Notes under the pieces: generated by a model
The model's database searches: none
What the model was told of the DNA's origin: nothing
The model's input: only the letters and a program-made list of their open reading frames with translations
Part shown: piece by piece, positions 60,177 to 64,000 of the stretch
Layout of the letters: the number at the start of each line of letters is the position of its first letter
Position numbering within the stretch: the first letter of the stretch is position 1
Program-made: the position numbers and the translations under genes
NCBI GenBank assembly: GCA_043758755.1
Contig: JAYVMW010000059.1
Span: 178,960 to 242,959 of the forward strand
From: Oxalobacteraceae bacterium
GTDB lineage: Bacteria; Pseudomonadota; Gammaproteobacteria; Burkholderiales; Burkholderiaceae_D
Direction of reading: 5' to 3'
DNA: 64,000 bases

Positions 60177-61673
60177 TTAAATCTCCCCATCCAGTCCGTC
60201 TTGTACCTGCTCGGCAGCGCGCAATACCGCGCGCGCCTTGTTTTCTGTTTCCTGCCATTCGGCTTCCGGCACCGAGTCGGCCACGATGCCGGCTGCAGCC
60301 TGCACGTACAGCATGCCGTCTTTCAACACGCCGGTGCGGATCGCAATGGCCAGATCCATGGCACCACTGAATGACAGATAACCGCAGGCGCCGCCATAAA
60401 TGCCGCGCTTGGTCAGTTCCAGTTCATCGATGATTTCCATGGCGCGCACTTTTGGGGCGCCGGACAGGGTACCGGCCGGAAAGGTGGCTTTGAGTACATC
60501 CAGGTTCGACAGGCCATCCTTGAGCGTGGCTTCAACATTTGAGACGATGTGCTGAACGTGTGAATATTTTTCAATAATCATCTGGTCGGACACGTGCACC
60601 GTGCCGGTTTTGGCGATGCGTCCCAGATCGTTGCGCGCCAGATCAATGAGCATGACGTGTTCGGCAATTTCTTTGGGGTCGGCCAGCAGATCTTTGGCCA
60701 GTTGTTCATCCTGGGCCGGTGTGGCGCCGCGCGGTTTGGTGCCGGCCAGCGGACGGATCGTGACGGTATGCGAGCCATCGGGTTGACCTTCGTTGCGCAC
60801 CAGAATTTCCGGTGACGAACCGATGATGTGCATGTCGCCGAAATTGTAGAAGTACATGTAGGGCGACGGATTCAGTGAACGCAGTGCGCGGTACAGCGAC
60901 AGCGGAGAATCGACATACGGCTTTTTGATACGCTGGCCGATCTGCACCTGCATCAGGTCGCCGGCCATGATGTACTCCTTGGCCTGAGCCACCGCTTTCA
61001 GATAATCCGGCTTGGCGAATTCACGGATCACTTCAGTGCGCACCGAAGCCGAGGTGACCGGCGCATCGACACTGCGGCGCAGCATCGAACGCAACTCTTT
61101 GAGACGCAGGCGGGCTCTGGAATACGCTTCCGGTTTTTGCGGATCGGCATACACGATCAGATACAGTTTGCCGGACAGATTATCGATGACCGCGAGCTCT
61201 TCGGTGACCAGCAGCTGAATATCCGGCATGCCCAGATCATCTTTGGGGCAGGAACGCGCCAGACGGGTTTCGATGTGACGAACAGTGTCGTAACCAAAAT
61301 ATCCGGCCAGGCCACCGCAAAAACGCGGCAAACCAGGACGTAGTGCAACTTTGTAACGGTCCTGAAAAGCGGCAATAAAATCCAGCGGATTACCGGTATG
61401 GGTTTCAATGACTTTGCCATCCTGCACGACTTCGCACTGCTCTTGATAAGTGCGAATCGAGGTGCTGGCGTGCAGTCCGATAAAAGAGTAGCGGCCCAGA
61501 CGTTCGCCGCGCACCACCGATTCAAGCAGAAAAGTATTTTTGCCGGCGTGCTGGCTCTGAGCCAGTTTCAGATAAACGCTTAACGGCGTTTCCAGATCGG
61601 CGAAGGCTTCGCTGATCAGCGGAATACGGTTATAGCCCTGGTTCGCCAGGGAATGGAATTCGATTTCGGTCAT
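60177..61673 (-). CDS. trpE: Anthranilate synthase component I
   Basis: DLETPLS, LLESV, NPSPYM, RPLAGT, KEIAEHVMLIDLARND, FPAGTLSGAPK. Confidence 0.96.
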   Translation of the reverse strand: MTEIEFHSLANQGYNRIPLISEAFADLETPLSVYLKLAQSQHAGKNTFLLESVVRGERLGRYSFIGLHASTSIRTYQEQCEVVQDGKVIETHTGNPLDFIAAFQDRYKVALRPGLPRFCGGLAGYFGYDTVRHIETRLARSCPKDDLGMPDIQLLVTEELAVIDNLSGKLYLIVYADPQKPEAYSRARLRLKELRSMLRRSVDAPVTSASVRTEVIREFAKPDYLKAVAQAKEYIMAGDLMQVQIGQRIKKPYVDSPLSLYRALRSLNPSPYMYFYNFGDMHIIGSSPEILVRNEGQPDGSHTVTIRPLAGTKPRGATPAQDEQLAKDLLADPKEIAEHVMLIDLARNDLGRIAKTGTVHVSDQMIIEKYSHVQHIVSNVEATLKDGLSNLDVLKATFPAGTLSGAPKVRAMEIIDELELTKRGIYGGACGYLSFSGAMDLAIAIRTGVLKDGMLYVQAAAGIVADSVPEAEWQETENKARAVLRAAEQVQDGLDGEI

Positions 61674-61801
61674 GACTTTCTCGTTCGCCCCAATTGGGCT
61701 GAGTTAAAGATGCGAGTTGAAGATTAATTTACTTTGTTGCATCAACAAGTAAACAGTGTGCATTTGCGCCAGGTTGATTTACAGGTGGCGCGAAGGAAAT
61801 G

Positions 61802-61870
61802 CTAGCGTCGCCATAGCCAGGCCTCGTAGGTGCCTGGAATTGTGAAGGGACGTTGTTTGATGGGTAACAT
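61802..61870 (-). CDS. trpL: trp operon leader peptide MLPIKQRPFTIPGTYEAWLWRR
   Basis: 22-aa ORF with two Trp codons near its end, 128 bp upstream of trpE, followed by hairpins. Confidence 0.7.
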   Translation of the reverse strand: MLPIKQRPFTIPGTYEAWLWRR

Positions 61871-61899
61871 GATCGGTGCGTATTAACTGGGCGATGTAA

Positions 61900-62013
61900 T
61901 TAACGGACTATAGATTGGTTATGCACAACAGGTTGGGACTATACCATCAGAATTGAACTATTGTATAGTCCGCCCCTGTATCTCGCGCCACAAATTTGGC
62001 AAATGATTCAAAT
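61900..62013 (-). pseudogene. gph: Remnant of phosphoglycolate phosphatase (3' end)
   Basis: QGRTIQ*FNSDGIVPT resembles the Gph C-terminus (G..I..DSDGIV.TLL), at the usual rpe-gph-trpE position. Confidence 0.55.
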
Positions 62014-62021
62014 TCAGTTTT

Positions 62022-62693
62022 TTATTTGGCCAGCTCGGCACGCATGCCGGCAATGATGCCAGCGTAATCCGGCTTGCCGAAGATGGCAGAACCAGCAACA
62101 AAGGTATCTGCTCCGGCACGCGCCACTTCGGCAATATTGTCGGTTTTGATGCCGCCGTCCACCTGCAGCATAATGTCGCGTCCCGAGGCGTCAATCAGTT
62201 TTCTGACCATGGCAATTTTTTGCAGGGTATGCATGATAAATGACTGGCCGCCAAACCCGGGATTGACCGACATCAGCAGGATCAGGTCCAGCTTGTCCAT
62301 TACATGTTCCAGATAATTCAGGGAGGTGCCGGGGTTCAATGCCAGACCGGCTTTGCAACCGTTATCCCGGATCAGTTGCAGGCTGCGGTCCAGATGTTCA
62401 GTGGCTTCCGGATGGAAGCTGATGATATTGGCACCGGCCTTGGCGAAATCGGGAATGATGCGGTCTACCGGCTTTACCATCAGGTGGACATCGATCGGAA
62501 TCTGCACGTGCGGACGGATTGCCTGACAGACCATCGGACCTATCGTCAAATTGGGCACGTAGTGATTGTCCATGACATCGAAATGGATCATGTCGGCACC
62601 TGCAGCCTCAACCGCGCGGACCTCTTCACCCAGTCGGGCAAAGTCGGCGGATAAAATGCTGGGGGCAATGCGGTAAGTTGGCTTTGTGGTCAT
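62022..62693 (-). CDS. rpe: Ribulose-phosphate 3-epimerase
   Basis: [43 protein letters not shown]. Confidence 0.97.
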   Translation of the reverse strand: MTTKPTYRIAPSILSADFARLGEEVRAVEAAGADMIHFDVMDNHYVPNLTIGPMVCQAIRPHVQIPIDVHLMVKPVDRIIPDFAKAGANIISFHPEATEHLDRSLQLIRDNGCKAGLALNPGTSLNYLEHVMDKLDLILLMSVNPGFGGQSFIMHTLQKIAMVRKLIDASGRDIMLQVDGGIKTDNIAEVARAGADTFVAGSAIFGKPDYAGIIAGMRAELAK

Positions 62694-62854
62694 GGAGTTC
62701 AGTCAGGCAGGTTAGTTAGCAGGAAATTTTGTCGCTATTCTAGCGTGGAACATTGAATCGGGATATGGTTGGCGAGGATGTCAAATAGCTTGCGTTGCCG
62801 GTTAAATTGGTGTCGAATAGGCACCTGTCTTAGAGTTGGCATAGGAAGCAGTCC

Positions 62855-63229
62855 ATGGCATTGTATGAATTTAACGTCTCGGTCACAACCAAATATTTGG
62901 AGCAGCAATCGAACCCTGCTGCGTCCAAGTATGTATTTTCTTACACAATTACCGTTAAGAATGTCGGTTCCATGAAGGCGCAACTGATCGCGCGACACTG
63001 GATCATCAAGGATGGTAACGGCAACGAAGAACAGGTGCGCGGACTGGGCGTGGTAGGATACCAGCCGTTGCTGGACCCTGGTCAGGAGTTTGAATACACT
63101 AGTGGTGCCGCGCTGGAAACGCCGGTGGGCAGCATGCAGGGCAGCTACCTGTGCGTGGCTGAGGACGGCGCGCAGTTCGATACGGTAATTCCGGAATTCG
63201 TGTTGAGTTTGCCCAGGACGTTGCATTGA
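62855..63229 (+). CDS. apaG: ApaG
   Basis: QLIARHWII.DG, GLGVVGYQP, YTSG..L.TPVGSMQGSY. Confidence 0.95.
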   Translation: MALYEFNVSVTTKYLEQQSNPAASKYVFSYTITVKNVGSMKAQLIARHWIIKDGNGNEEQVRGLGVVGYQPLLDPGQEFEYTSGAALETPVGSMQGSYLCVAEDGAQFDTVIPEFVLSLPRTLH

Positions 63230-63369
63230 AACTGTATTGAATCAGCACTGAATTACTCTTCATCGTCCTGTGGTGGCTGTGGTTTGGAATACATGGTCCA
63301 CCATATTATTAAGGCAAAAACCATAAACGCCGCTATTGCTTCTACAAAAATCAACCACATAGTTCCTCC

Positions 63370-64000
63370 ATGTTCAAATTAAACCGTAGTGTACCGTCTT
63401 TGGCGTTGCTGTTGCTGTTGGCGGCCTGTCAGACGCCGGCAATTATTCCACCGTCACCTATAACTTCCCCCGTGGCGACGATAGTTCCGCCCGTTGTTTC
63501 AACCGAGAATAAGGTTGCCAAATTCAGACCGCTGGATTTTTCATCCCTGCCCGGCTGGAGGCAGGATAACCTGACTGAAGCGTGGCCAGCATTCAAGGAA
63601 TCCTGCTCTGCCCAGATGAACAAACCAGACTGGCATGATCTGTGCAAGATTGCCCAAGAGGTGGATGGCAGCAGCGATGCAGCGATACGCCAGTTTTTCG
63701 AATCTTTCTTCGATCCGTTCCAGGTGATTAATCCGGATGGCAGTGATTCAGGGTTGATTACCGGCTATTACGAGCCGCTGTTGCATGGCGCAAGGAAACG
63801 CGGCGGTATTTATCAAACGCCACTGTATTTACCCCCTTCCGATTTGTTGACCATTGATATGGCCAGCTTGTACCCTGACTTGAAAGGCATGCGTTTACGT
63901 GGCTATGTGGTGGGAAATAAAGTCATCCCCTATCCGAGTCGTGCTGATTTATTGCAGTCCGGTGCATTGGCCGGAAAGGAAATCTGCTGGGTGGATGACT
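63370..64000 (+). CDS. mltA: Membrane-bound lytic transglycosylase MltA (runs off window)
   Basis: Lipobox LLAAC; LPGWRQD, FFE..F.P, GLITGYYEPLL.G. Confidence 0.88.
   Translation, partial: MFKLNRSVPSLALLLLLAACQTPAIIPPSPITSPVATIVPPVVSTENKVAKFRPLDFSSLPGWRQDNLTEAWPAFKESCSAQMNKPDWHDLCKIAQEVDGSSDAAIRQFFESFFDPFQVINPDGSDSGLITGYYEPLLHGARKRGGIYQTPLYLPPSDLLTIDMASLYPDLKGMRLRGYVVGNKVIPYPSRADLLQSGALAGKEICWVDD

Noticed and set aside
1-64000. CRISPR array, DGR/retron reverse transcriptase, IS transposase, rRNA
   Set aside because: No regularly spaced repeats, RT motifs, DDE transposase or rRNA-like sequence seen by eye

Overview
Chromosomal window from a betaproteobacterium; the gene content suggests Burkholderiales/Oxalobacteraceae (inference). 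The left part (1-28.7 kb) holds ald, tsaD, plsY, a RelE-type toxin-antitoxin (TA) pair, several accessory genes, the sigma54-type prpBC-acnD-prpF methylcitrate operon and an alkane-oxidation cluster (alkB, two rubredoxins, a GMC dehydrogenase, two AraC regulators), with a decayed hicAB inside that region. About 28.7-52.7 kb is a composite island at the 3' end of tRNA-Phe(GAA). It contains (i) a defence/TA patch (NYN pseudogene with a terminator-ended leader, an HTH-IrrE pair, AbiEi/AbiEii); (ii) a scrambled HK97-head/Mu-like-tail prophage remnant; and (iii) a ~9.8 kb segment bounded by a 46-bp tRNA-Phe repeat, carrying a large serine recombinase, two ParB/RepB proteins, DUF3987, two tandem apparently catalytically dead EVE/PUA-HNH paralogues and ardA. 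The right part is core genome: ubiH-like, dsbC, M61 peptidase, trpEGDC with a Trp leader peptide, a gph remnant, rpe, apaG and mltA. The best novelty candidate is the pair of dead HNH paralogues beside ardA; next is the NYN RNase behind a structured, terminated leader. All product calls come from motif recognition by eye, without database searches.
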